Positions 1-7,658 of a stretch of 64,000 nt of DNA are shown here, in pieces. The notes under the pieces are model-generated. The model searched no databases, was not told where the DNA came from, and worked only from the letters and a program-made list of their open reading frames with translations. Each line of letters starts with the position of its first letter. Position 1 is the first letter of the stretch. Origin of the DNA: an uncultured Chloroflexia bacterium. Its GTDB lineage: Bacteria > Chloroflexota > Limnocylindria > Limnocylindrales > CSP1-4. The translations under genes were made by a program, and so were the position numbers. The stretch is taken from NCBI GenBank assembly GCA_963719285.1, contig CAVRBO010000001.1, positions 966,918 through 1,030,917 of the forward strand, given 5' to 3'.

Positions 1-151
1 CCAGGTCGGACAGCATCACGGTCATCACGGTCGGCAAATTCAGGTTGTCCTCGACGATCACTTCCTCGATCAATTCAAGCATCCCATCGGGCGCGTCGGT
101 GCCCCCGAACTTCAAGGTGCACCGATCGACCAGCAGCGACGCGACGGGCAT
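1..151 (-). CDS. partial CDS, N-terminus only (continues beyond window start): putative VgrG/gpD/Afp8-like spike-hub protein of the contractile-injection locus
   Basis: ATG at 151-149 overlaps the stop of the upstream gene (ATGA coupling); translation MPVASLLVDRCTLKFGGTDAPDGMLELIEEVIVEDNLNLPTVMTVMLSDL resembles N-termini of phage late-control-D/VgrG proteins; position right after the LysM hub gene fits eCIS/P2-like order. Confidence 0.3.
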   Translation of the reverse strand, partial: MPVASLLVDRCTLKFGGTDAPDGMLELIEEVIVEDNLNLPTVMTVMLSDL

Positions 152-152
152 G

Positions 153-860
153 TCAGGCGAGCGCCTTCAGGTCATCGATACTGGCCGGCAGCAGGATCGC
201 GTCGCCGGCCTGGATCCTCATGGGATCGTCGATCCCATTGAAGGCGGCCAGGGCGCGCCACAGGCCGGTCCGGCCGAAGTTCGCGTAGGCGACCTGGTCG
301 AGCGTCTCGCGCGGCGCGAGCCGATGGACCCGCTCTCCCGTCCGTCCGCCCGACGTCGGGTTCTGAGTCGGGAATGCGTTCTCGTCGGCGATCTGCATGA
401 ACGTCACGTCGACCGAGGCCCGGACGGGCGTTCCGTCGTCGAGGAACATGCTGAACCGGCTGATGACCTTCTGGACGACCGCATCGAACGACAGGTAGTT
501 GCCCCAGTGGAACCGGACCGTCGGCGGGCGACCCTGGAACGAGTTCGATGGCGCGTCGCCGCCGTTGGCACTGCTCCGACGACCCTTGAGGTCCTTGTTG
601 ACCTTGGTGAGCTCGGTCAGCCTGTTGATGATCTTGGCGACGTTCTGGCCATCCTCCGTTCCGTCGAACAGGAGGGTCACCGCCAGCGTCGCCGGGACTC
701 CACTGGCGAAGGACACTTCGGGCAGGTTCTGACCGTTCGTGTGATGGAGGTTCCAGGTGTTGCTCTTCGTGTAGGTGATCTGGTCGGGGTTGAACATCGC
801 CGTGATCTCGGCCGTGTTCCCTCCCTCCAGGGGCTTGATGTAGGCCATCTCGAGGCTCAT
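153..860 (-). CDS. phage-tail/eCIS baseplate hub or tube-initiator-like protein (Afp7/gpX-like) with C-terminal LysM-like motif
   Basis: 235-aa ORF; C-terminal HRLAPRETLDQVAYANFGRTGLWRALAAFNGIDDPMRIQAGDAILLP fits LysM consensus; located directly downstream of the tape-measure candidate. Confidence 0.55.
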   Translation of the reverse strand: MSLEMAYIKPLEGGNTAEITAMFNPDQITYTKSNTWNLHHTNGQNLPEVSFASGVPATLAVTLLFDGTEDGQNVAKIINRLTELTKVNKDLKGRRSSANGGDAPSNSFQGRPPTVRFHWGNYLSFDAVVQKVISRFSMFLDDGTPVRASVDVTFMQIADENAFPTQNPTSGGRTGERVHRLAPRETLDQVAYANFGRTGLWRALAAFNGIDDPMRIQAGDAILLPASIDDLKALA

Positions 861-3352
861 CGCAACAGTCCTCCCAAGCCGCCCATGCGCTCACGTTCCT
901 CGAGCATGCGCCGCTGGACGGCGTGCACGAGATCGCGCTCCTCCCGGCGCCGGCGCTGGTCCCTGCCGACGGGCAGGGTCCGATCCTCACTCGCCGCCTG
1001 CTCGCCGGGTTCAGCCCCGTGGGTCTCGGAGGCGCCCTGGCCCGATCCCGGGATCCACTCACCGACGTGCACTCGGGATCCGAAATCCGGCGATGGGCTG
1101 GCCGCAGTGCCGGGGAGAGAGAAGGTCGCCGGCGGTCCGGGTGTGAAGGCGAGCGGGGCAAACGCCGGTTCCGGAGGCGCGCCGCTCTCTCGGTCGGGAC
1201 CCTCGGTCGGGGTCGGGCCGGGCCCTTCTCCTTCGTCGATCCGGGTGACAACCTCGGGCGCTCGGGCAGCCAGGTGCTCCCCGGGTGCCTCGGCCGCGGT
1301 CGCTGGGCGCGCGGCGCTCGCCTGCAGCCCGCCGATCAACGTCGCCAGCGGGCTGTCAGCCTCGGCCTGGCCGGGACCACCTGCCGCCGCCTGACCGATC
1401 GCCTCGGCGATGCCGATCAGTCCGGGCGATCCGCTCCCGGCACCGCCGGGAGTCTCGGCGCCCGCGGGTCCTCCCGCCACGGTCGCTCCGCCGGCCGACG
1501 CCTGCGCTGAGGCGATCTCGGTGGCCGATCCGCCGGCAAGCAACTCGCGGATCGTGGGGCTCGTTCCCGGTCCGGCCGTGCCGGTACTCCGGTCCTCGAG
1601 ACCCGACCCTTGGGGTGCACCGCCCTCGGGCACCGGGGTCGAGGCACGGAGCGCGGCGACCGATCCCTCGGGTCCGGGCTGCGACGAGGATGGTGCCGTC
1701 TCGGCCAGCTCGGCCGCACCGCCACCGGCGGCCCGTTCGACCGCGGCGAGATGGCCGACCGCGCCTTCGGCCAGCTCCGTGCCGTGGTCGACGGTCGAGC
1801 GGGCGAGCGTCTCGCCGTGGGCGAGGGCCTGTCCGGCGAGCGTCTCGCCGTGGCTCGTGGCGGCCTGGCCGAGCGCCTCCGCGTGGGCGGCCGCCTCGCC
1901 GGCCAGGGATTCGCCATGGTCGACGACGGACCGCTCCATCGCGCCGAGGTGGCCGGCCGCGGTCTCGGCCAGCTGGGCCGCACCGCCGCCGGTGGCCTGT
2001 TCGATCGCGCCGAGATGGCCGCTCGCCTCCCCCGCCAGGGTCTGGGCGTGGGTCACCGCGGCGTCGCCCAGGGCGGCCGCCTGGGTCGTCGCCTCGCTCG
2101 CCAGGTCGCCGGCATGGCCGACCGCGGCCTGCTCGAGCGCCTCCGCGTGGGCGGCCGTCTCACCGGCCAGGGATTCGCCATGGTCGACGACGGACCGCTC
2201 CATCGCGCCGAGGTGCCCGGCCGCGGTCTCGGCCAGCTCGGCCGCACCGCCACCGGCGGCCCGTTCGACCGCGGCGAGATGGCCGACCGCGCCTTCGGCC
2301 AGCTCCGTGCCGTGGTCGACGGTCGAGCGGGCGAGCGTCTCGCCGTGGGCGAGGGCCTGTCCGGCGAGCGTCTCGCCGTGGCTCGTGGCGGCCTGGCCGA
2401 GCGCCTCCGCGTGGGCGGCCGCCTCGCCGGCCAGGGATTCGCCATGGTCGACGACGGACCGCTCCATCGCGCCGAGGTGGCCGGCCGCGGTCTCGGCCAG
2501 CTGGGCCGCACCGCCGCCGGTGGCCTGTTCGATCGCGCCGAGATGGCCGCTCGCCTCCCCCGCCAGGGTCTGGGCGTGGGTCACCGCGGCGTCGCCCAGG
2601 GCGGCCGCCTGGGTCGTCGCCTCGCTCGCCAGGTCGCCGGCATGGCCGACCGCGGCCTGCTCGAGCGCCTCCGCGTGGGCGGCCGTCTCACCGGCCAGGG
2701 ATTCGCCATGGTCGACGACGGACCGCTCCATCGCGCCGAGGTGCCCGGCCGCGGTCTCGGCCAGCTCGGCCGCACCGCCACCGGCGGCCCGTTCGACCGC
2801 GGCGAGATGGCCGACCGCGCCTTCGGCCAGCTCCGTGCCGTGGTCGACGGTCGAGCGGGCGAGCGTCTCGCCGTGGGCGAGGGCCTGTCCGGCGAGCGTC
2901 TCGCCGTGGCTCGTGGCGGCCTGGCCGAGCGCCTCCGCGTGGGCGGCCGCCTCGCCGGCCAGGGATTCGCCATGGTCGACGACGGACCGCTCCATCGCGC
3001 CGAGGTGGCCGGCCGCGGTCTCGGCCAGCTGGGCCGCACCGCCGCCGGTGGCCTGTTCGATCGCGCCGAGATGGCCGCTCGCCTCCCCCGCCAGGGTCTG
3101 GGCGTGGGTCACCGCGGCGTCGCCCAGGGCGGCCGCCTGGGTCGTCGCCTCGCTCGCCAGGTCGCCGGCATGGCCGACCGCGGCCTGCTCGAGCGCCTCC
3201 GCGTGGGCGGCCGTCTCACCGGCCAGCCGGAGGCTTGCGTCCGCGAGGTCGCGGCTCGGACCGGCCAGCTCGTCCGCTATCCCGCGCGCCCGCGCGAAGA
3301 TGTCGTCCGCGAGTCGGCTGGCCTCGTCGAGGATGTCCCGGGGATCCGCCAC
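857..3352 (-). CDS. repetitive Ala/Gly/His/Glu-rich protein; candidate tail tape-measure protein
   Basis: 831-aa ORF; about 2.9 tandem copies of a 176-aa unit, each made of two diverged 88-aa sub-repeats (ETAAGHLGAMERSVVDHGESLAGE...); sits between tube/chaperone genes and baseplate hub gene, the classical tape-measure position. Confidence 0.5.
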   Translation of the reverse strand: MADPRDILDEASRLADDIFARARGIADELAGPSRDLADASLRLAGETAAHAEALEQAAVGHAGDLASEATTQAAALGDAAVTHAQTLAGEASGHLGAIEQATGGGAAQLAETAAGHLGAMERSVVDHGESLAGEAAAHAEALGQAATSHGETLAGQALAHGETLARSTVDHGTELAEGAVGHLAAVERAAGGGAAELAETAAGHLGAMERSVVDHGESLAGETAAHAEALEQAAVGHAGDLASEATTQAAALGDAAVTHAQTLAGEASGHLGAIEQATGGGAAQLAETAAGHLGAMERSVVDHGESLAGEAAAHAEALGQAATSHGETLAGQALAHGETLARSTVDHGTELAEGAVGHLAAVERAAGGGAAELAETAAGHLGAMERSVVDHGESLAGETAAHAEALEQAAVGHAGDLASEATTQAAALGDAAVTHAQTLAGEASGHLGAIEQATGGGAAQLAETAAGHLGAMERSVVDHGESLAGEAAAHAEALGQAATSHGETLAGQALAHGETLARSTVDHGTELAEGAVGHLAAVERAAGGGAAELAETAPSSSQPGPEGSVAALRASTPVPEGGAPQGSGLEDRSTGTAGPGTSPTIRELLAGGSATEIASAQASAGGATVAGGPAGAETPGGAGSGSPGLIGIAEAIGQAAAGGPGQAEADSPLATLIGGLQASAARPATAAEAPGEHLAARAPEVVTRIDEGEGPGPTPTEGPDRESGAPPEPAFAPLAFTPGPPATFSLPGTAASPSPDFGSRVHVGEWIPGSGQGASETHGAEPGEQAASEDRTLPVGRDQRRRREERDLVHAVQRRMLEERERMGGLGGLLR
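1703..3214. repeat. near-perfect 528-bp tandem repeat array (about 2.9 copies) inside the tape-measure candidate
   Basis: identical strings recur with period 528 nt (tcggccagctcggccgcaccgccaccggcggcccgttcgacc at about 1703, 2231 and 2759); antisense ORFs 2053-2511 and 2581-3039 translate identically. Confidence 0.85.
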
Positions 3353-3353
3353 C

Positions 3354-3833
3354 TCAGATCACCCGCTCGATGCCCTTGTGGGTCAGCTCGATCGTCTCGA
3401 ACGCGAGCAGGGTGCTGTGCGTGTCGAGGAGGGGGCCGTTGTACTTGACCGGGAATGCGCCGGTGAACGTCCAGGTCGCCACGGGTGAGGGCGACTCACC
3501 GTTCATGAGCGTGATCATGCCGTCCGAGCGGGCCTGACCGATCTTGCCGATCTTGACGCTGTCGAACCAGTCGAAGAAGGCCGTTTCCTTGAGGGCGACG
3601 ACGCCTTGCAACACCAGGTTCGGCCAGCTCTTCCTGCCGGGCAGCATCCGGTACTGGCCGGAGGCGCCGCCCTCCCAGATGGGGGTGGTCTCCATGGTCT
3701 GGTCGAGTCCCTTGATCGATCGGCACAGCAGCCAGGTGGACACACCCCACACGGGGACGTAGCCGACCGGCGGATCCACGAGGACCTCGAACCAATGGGC
3801 GCCCGATCCATCGACCAGGCTGCGTTCGCTCAT
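3354..3833 (-). CDS. phage tail tube-like protein (third tube-family paralog, T4 gp19/Afp1-5 family)
   Basis: 159 aa; HWFEVLVD...IKGLDQTMETTPIWEGGASG matches the F-x-V-x-IDG ... vsGl..e.ev.eyrEGG pattern of contractile-tail tube proteins. Confidence 0.45.
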   Translation of the reverse strand: MSERSLVDGSGAHWFEVLVDPPVGYVPVWGVSTWLLCRSIKGLDQTMETTPIWEGGASGQYRMLPGRKSWPNLVLQGVVALKETAFFDWFDSVKIGKIGQARSDGMITLMNGESPSPVATWTFTGAFPVKYNGPLLDTHSTLLAFETIELTHKGIERVI

Positions 3834-3836
3834 GGG

Positions 3837-4163
3837 TCAGCGCCGCCGGTGGTTGAGCTCTTCGTGGAGCTCCAGCAGGCGGGCGCGACGCTCGGCGTCC
3901 GTGCTCATCCGGGGCGCCGGCGGTGCGGTCGGCACGGATACGCCGGCCGCCGGCGCAGCCGCGCCCGGTGCGGACTCGGCGCGTCCGGCGGCCGCGAGCC
4001 AGAGGCGCCGCTCGGCGCCGGGCATGGACATGAGCGTCTCGTAGCTCCAACCGAAGCTCTTCGCCAGGCTGGCCACCTCCTCCACGGTCACGTGCGAGGG
4101 GTGGCCGGCGCTCCCCCCAGGCCACCGACCTCCGGCGGAAGGAGCTCCCCGCAATGGGGACAC
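3837..4163 (-). CDS. small hypothetical protein; candidate downstream (-1 frame) part of a frameshifted tail-assembly chaperone
   Basis: ORF overlaps the preceding 141-aa ORF by 76 nt in the -1 frame; no recognisable domain; likely own start further in (VTVEEVASLAKSFGW...). Confidence 0.35.
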   Translation of the reverse strand: MSPLRGAPSAGGRWPGGSAGHPSHVTVEEVASLAKSFGWSYETLMSMPGAERRLWLAAAGRAESAPGAAAPAAGVSVPTAPPAPRMSTDAERRARLLELHEELNHRRR

Positions 4164-4513
4164 ACGGGCTTCGCCTCGAGGGGGTCGAGGTTGAGCCGGC
4201 GATACAGGCGCTGGAGATAGCTGAAGTCCGAGGCGTAGAGACCCTCGACGACCTCGGGCGTGACGGCTGGCACGGTGCCGAGCCGGGTCACGACCCGAGC
4301 GAGGAGGAGGACCACGAGATACGCCCGGTTGCGGGCGACCCGCGGATCCGTGAGCGGCGCCAGCTCGTCGCGAGCCGTGGCCAGGCGCATCCGGCCGTCC
4401 CGGTGGACGGTCCCGGCTGCGTCGAGATAGCCCTGGGGCAGGCTGAAGTGGACCTCGCTCGCGAGGACCCCTCCGACGCCCGCGACCTCCGCCGGGTCAG
4501 CCATGGCCACCAT
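4088..4513 (-). CDS. small hypothetical protein with C-terminal CPHC motif; candidate tail-assembly chaperone (upstream frame)
   Basis: 141-aa ORF directly after the tube genes, ends ...KPVCPHCGELLPPEVGGLGGAPATPRT; position equals gpG/gpE chaperone slot before tape measure. Confidence 0.4.
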   Translation of the reverse strand: MVAMADPAEVAGVGGVLASEVHFSLPQGYLDAAGTVHRDGRMRLATARDELAPLTDPRVARNRAYLVVLLLARVVTRLGTVPAVTPEVVEGLYASDFSYLQRLYRRLNLDPLEAKPVCPHCGELLPPEVGGLGGAPATPRT

Positions 4514-4516
4514 GGC

Positions 4517-4960
4517 TCAGACCCACTCGAATTTCACGGATTCGCACTGGAAGACCACGGTCTCGACCCACAGGATGCTCTTCTGGATCGACAGGTCGCT
4601 GGCGCTCCACTTGGACGGCCAGGCGTCCGACAGGACGACGATGAGGACGGGCTTCTTGGACGTGTCCCAGAAGGTGATGGTGCAGTCGGCGCGGGCGGAC
4701 CCGATCTCCCCTTCCTGGATCTTCTTGAGGCCGGCCCACCACGGCCCTTCGGCCTGGAGCTGCTCCATGTACCCGGCCGACAGGGTCACCGGGTAGCAGC
4801 CGTACTTGCCGGGGATCTTGAGGATCTTGGGGCTGCCCTTCTCCGAGGACACGTTCTGCTCGAGGACCTTCGTGTCGCTCCTGATGCCGGTGATCCTCGA
4901 GAAGACCCCGGCCGCGGCACCCCAGTTGACGGTGATGGCGTATCCGCCGAGTACTGGCAT
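4517..4960 (-). CDS. phage tail tube protein (Afp5/Pvc5-like paralog)
   Basis: 147 aa; YAITVNWGAAAGVFSRITGIRSDTKVLEQNV fits tube-family N-terminal motif; adjacent to second tube gene and sheath. Confidence 0.6.
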   Translation of the reverse strand: MPVLGGYAITVNWGAAAGVFSRITGIRSDTKVLEQNVSSEKGSPKILKIPGKYGCYPVTLSAGYMEQLQAEGPWWAGLKKIQEGEIGSARADCTITFWDTSKKPVLIVVLSDAWPSKWSASDLSIQKSILWVETVVFQCESVKFEWV

Positions 4961-4963
4961 CGG

Positions 4964-5410
4964 CTACAACCTCGTTCGGGTGATGCCCTCGTGGGCAAGG
5001 GTGACGTCGACCTGGATCCAGCCCTCACCGCCCTGGGGGACGCTCCCGACGGAGATGGCGGACGGCCAGGCGGCCTCGAGATCGAACGACATCACGGGCA
5101 TGTGCGTGGCGTCCTGCATGATGATCGAGACGTGCTTGCGCTCCATCGTCCCGGCCTCGATCTTGTTGCGCCACATGCCGAGCTGGGCGGCCTTCTCGAG
5201 CTCCATGGTCGAAACCGTGACCGTCGAGTTCTTGTTGACGCCCGGGGAGCGGTGCGGGGCGCGGCCCGCACCGCCCCGCGCCTCGGCGTCCTCGAGGACG
5301 GCGACCTCGAACCCGATGCCGGTGACCGAGGTCATGGACATCGGTTCGAGCCCGTCGATGAGGACCTGGAAGTTCCCCATCGTGAGATCGGGGATCCGGG
5401 GAAGTGCCAT
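4964..5410 (-). CDS. phage tail tube protein (Afp1/Pvc1-like)
   Basis: 148 aa; MGNFQVLIDGLEP...VTGIGFEVAVLEDAEARGG is a close match to the gp19/tube family signature; immediately downstream of sheath. Confidence 0.7.
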   Translation of the reverse strand: MALPRIPDLTMGNFQVLIDGLEPMSMTSVTGIGFEVAVLEDAEARGGAGRAPHRSPGVNKNSTVTVSTMELEKAAQLGMWRNKIEAGTMERKHVSIIMQDATHMPVMSFDLEAAWPSAISVGSVPQGGEGWIQVDVTLAHEGITRTRL

Positions 5411-5454
5411 GGTTGTCTACCTCCGTTGGGTGACGATGGCGGCCGCGCGGGGCA

Positions 5455-6981
5455 TCAGCCCTCGCCGCCCCCGCCGCCCTCGCCGGGCGCGATCTGGCGG
5501 ATGTTGAAGATCACGAACTCGGCCGGACGGACCGGGGCGAGCCCGATCTCGACGACGACCTGCCCCGCCTCGATCACGTCCTGGGGATTGGTCTCTGCGT
5601 CGCACTTGACGTAGAACGCCTCGTCCGGGGTCACCCCGAACAGCGCGCCGTCGCGCCAGACCCGGTTGAGGAACGCCGACGTGTTCCGTCGCAACTTGGC
5701 CCACAGGATGATGTCGTTCGGTTCGAAGACCGACCACTGCGTGCCCTGCATGATCGAGCTCTTGATGAAATTGAACAGGCGGCGCACGTTGAGGTACTTG
5801 AACTCGGGGTCGACCTGGGCGAGCGTGCGGGCGCCCCAGACGCGGACACCGCCGCGCGGGAAGACCCGGATGCAGTTGATGCCGGCCGGGTTGAGCAGGC
5901 CCTGCTCGGCGCTCGTCAGCTGGAGCTGGACGTCGAGCGCGCCGCGGACCGTCTCGTTGGCCGGGGCCTTGTGGACGCCGCGGGTGTCGTCGTTGCGGCC
6001 CCAGATCCCGCCGAGGTAACCCGACGGCGGCATGAACACCGGCTGTCGGCTCAGGGGATCGATGACCTTGACCCACGGGTAGTACAGCGCGGCGTACGAG
6101 CTGTCGACCTTGAGCTGGTCGCGCCGCCAGTCGAAGACCTCCTGGGCGCCCAGGCCCGGGGGCGTGTCGAGGATGGCGACCCGGTCGGCCATCCGCTCGG
6201 CGTGCGACACCAGCGCCAGCTGGATGCCGATCGCCTGGTCCATCGAGATGGCACCCATCGCCTGCATCGGCATGACGTCGGGGGCGAGGACCATCGTGAC
6301 TTCCTCGATCGCCTCGAGGCCGGCGACGCCGGTCCGATCCGCGACGTCGCCGGCGAAGGCGCTCGTCTCGACGTCGGCCGGAGCCGCATCGGCGGCGGCG
6401 AAGGCGTACGTCCCGTCGGCCGGCCGACGCTCGACGAGGCTGCCCTCCGTCGAGACCTCGTCGAGAGTGATGAGCTTGGACCGCGACTTCACCTCGGTGA
6501 GGACGTTGCCCTTGCCCTTCTTGAGCGTGACGTTGTCGTATTCCTCGGTCGCTCCCGCCGGCCCGTGGACGGTCAGCTTGAACGTCTCCTCGGTCGGCTC
6601 GCTGGCCGGCCCGATGTCGACCGACACCTGGGCGGCCGGATCGATGGCGCGGGCGCGCAGGCTCTTGAGCGCGGGATTGGCGCCCGGCAGCAGCGCCTGC
6701 GGGGCGGGCACCGAGCTGTCGCTGTTGACCCGCACGATGTAGGCCCGGCCACCGCCGTTGTCGAAGTAGCCGTAGACGGACAGCGGGGTGGCGTAGCCGG
6801 ACACGAACCCGCCGAACGTGCGCGAGTAGTCGCCCCAGTTGCTGACCATGGTGGCGACGCCGGTGGGACCCTTCTCGGTCATGCCGATGAACGCGGCGAT
6901 CGCCGTGCCGACCCCTTCGATCGGCTTGCTTCCGCCCGGGAGCTCTTTGACGTAGACGCCTGGGGACTGATAGACGGCCAT
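5455..6981 (-). CDS. contractile tail sheath protein
   Basis: 508 aa; N-terminus MAVYQSPGVYVKELPGGSKP... is the canonical sheath start (MAxYxSPGVYVxE); size and position upstream of tube genes. Confidence 0.85.
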   Translation of the reverse strand: MAVYQSPGVYVKELPGGSKPIEGVGTAIAAFIGMTEKGPTGVATMVSNWGDYSRTFGGFVSGYATPLSVYGYFDNGGGRAYIVRVNSDSSVPAPQALLPGANPALKSLRARAIDPAAQVSVDIGPASEPTEETFKLTVHGPAGATEEYDNVTLKKGKGNVLTEVKSRSKLITLDEVSTEGSLVERRPADGTYAFAAADAAPADVETSAFAGDVADRTGVAGLEAIEEVTMVLAPDVMPMQAMGAISMDQAIGIQLALVSHAERMADRVAILDTPPGLGAQEVFDWRRDQLKVDSSYAALYYPWVKVIDPLSRQPVFMPPSGYLGGIWGRNDDTRGVHKAPANETVRGALDVQLQLTSAEQGLLNPAGINCIRVFPRGGVRVWGARTLAQVDPEFKYLNVRRLFNFIKSSIMQGTQWSVFEPNDIILWAKLRRNTSAFLNRVWRDGALFGVTPDEAFYVKCDAETNPQDVIEAGQVVVEIGLAPVRPAEFVIFNIRQIAPGEGGGGGEG

Positions 6982-7010
6982 CGGACCTCCTTGTGGACCT
7001 CCCTGGTTGA

Positions 7011-7658
7011 CTAGCGCTCGACGGTTTCGCGGACCCGCGTCCGCAGGTCATCGGTATGGAGTCGGCGGCTCCGGACGATCCCGACCGGGGCGAGCTCGAA
7101 CGGCTGGACAGCCATCGTCATGACCGCCTTGAGGGCCGCCCGCGGCAGCCGCACGAGGCCGTACTCCCACCATGCGTGGAGTTCCGCCTCGGTCGGCGTG
7201 TCGATGACGGCGTAGACCGGGTACTCGCTCTCGATGCCGAGCGCCCGCGCGAGGTCGCCGGCCCGGATACCGGCGGACAGCAGTCGCTCGAGGGCATCGG
7301 CGGCCGCGATCTCGTCACCGCCGGCCTCGAGGGCCACGGTGAGGTCGTACCAGCCGGGCCCGGCTCGCACCGCCATGCCCGTACCGGTGGGATCCCGCGA
7401 GACTTCCCGGGCGGCGGCCTGGAACCGCTCGGTCCGGACGATCGAGACGAGGTGAAGGGTCACCGCGCCGGCCGGATCATCCGCGGCCCGGTCGGCCGTG
7501 GCCGGGCCATCCGAGGCGGACGCCGCGCCGGACCCGGTCAGGGCCGCGGCGGCCGCGCCGGGTCGCCCGACCCGGGCCGGCTGGCCGGTCGCCTCCTGGG
7601 CGAACGTGGCGAGGGCGGTCAACGCTTCAGGAAACACCGGGCGCTCCCGGGCGCTCAT
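7011..7658 (-). CDS. hypothetical protein at head of the sheath operon; possibly tail-terminator-like (DUF4255/Afp16-like), unverified
   Basis: 215-aa ORF, 30 nt upstream of sheath; weak resemblance of VTLHLVSIVRTERF...WYDLTVALEAGG to DUF4255 pattern; many eCIS loci carry that family immediately before the sheath. Confidence 0.3.
   Translation of the reverse strand: MSARERPVFPEALTALATFAQEATGQPARVGRPGAAAAALTGSGAASASDGPATADRAADDPAGAVTLHLVSIVRTERFQAAAREVSRDPTGTGMAVRAGPGWYDLTVALEAGGDEIAAADALERLLSAGIRAGDLARALGIESEYPVYAVIDTPTEAELHAWWEYGLVRLPRAALKAVMTMAVQPFELAPVGIVRSRRLHTDDLRTRVRETVER

Noticed and set aside
1703-3214. CRISPR array as explanation for the regular repeats
   Set aside because: Unit is 528 nt with no spacer-like unique inserts, and the whole region is one continuous coding frame; not CRISPR-like.
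1285-3537. Giant Arg/Pro-rich (750 aa) and Ser/Ala/Pro-rich (692 aa, 1410-3488) plus-strand ORFs, and many short periodic ORFs, across the repeat array
   Set aside because: They are antisense or off-frame readings of the 528-bp repeat in a very GC-rich region; they are stop-poor by composition and repeat with the same period. The minus-strand frame gives a coherent Ala/Gly/His helical protein in operon context.
5417-7051. 544-aa minus-strand ORF overlapping the sheath gene in another frame (also 172-1251 and 45-1394)
   Set aside because: Arg/Gly/Pro-rich out-of-frame translation. The overlapping frame encodes the canonical sheath N-terminus MAVYQSPGVYVKE and full sheath-length protein.
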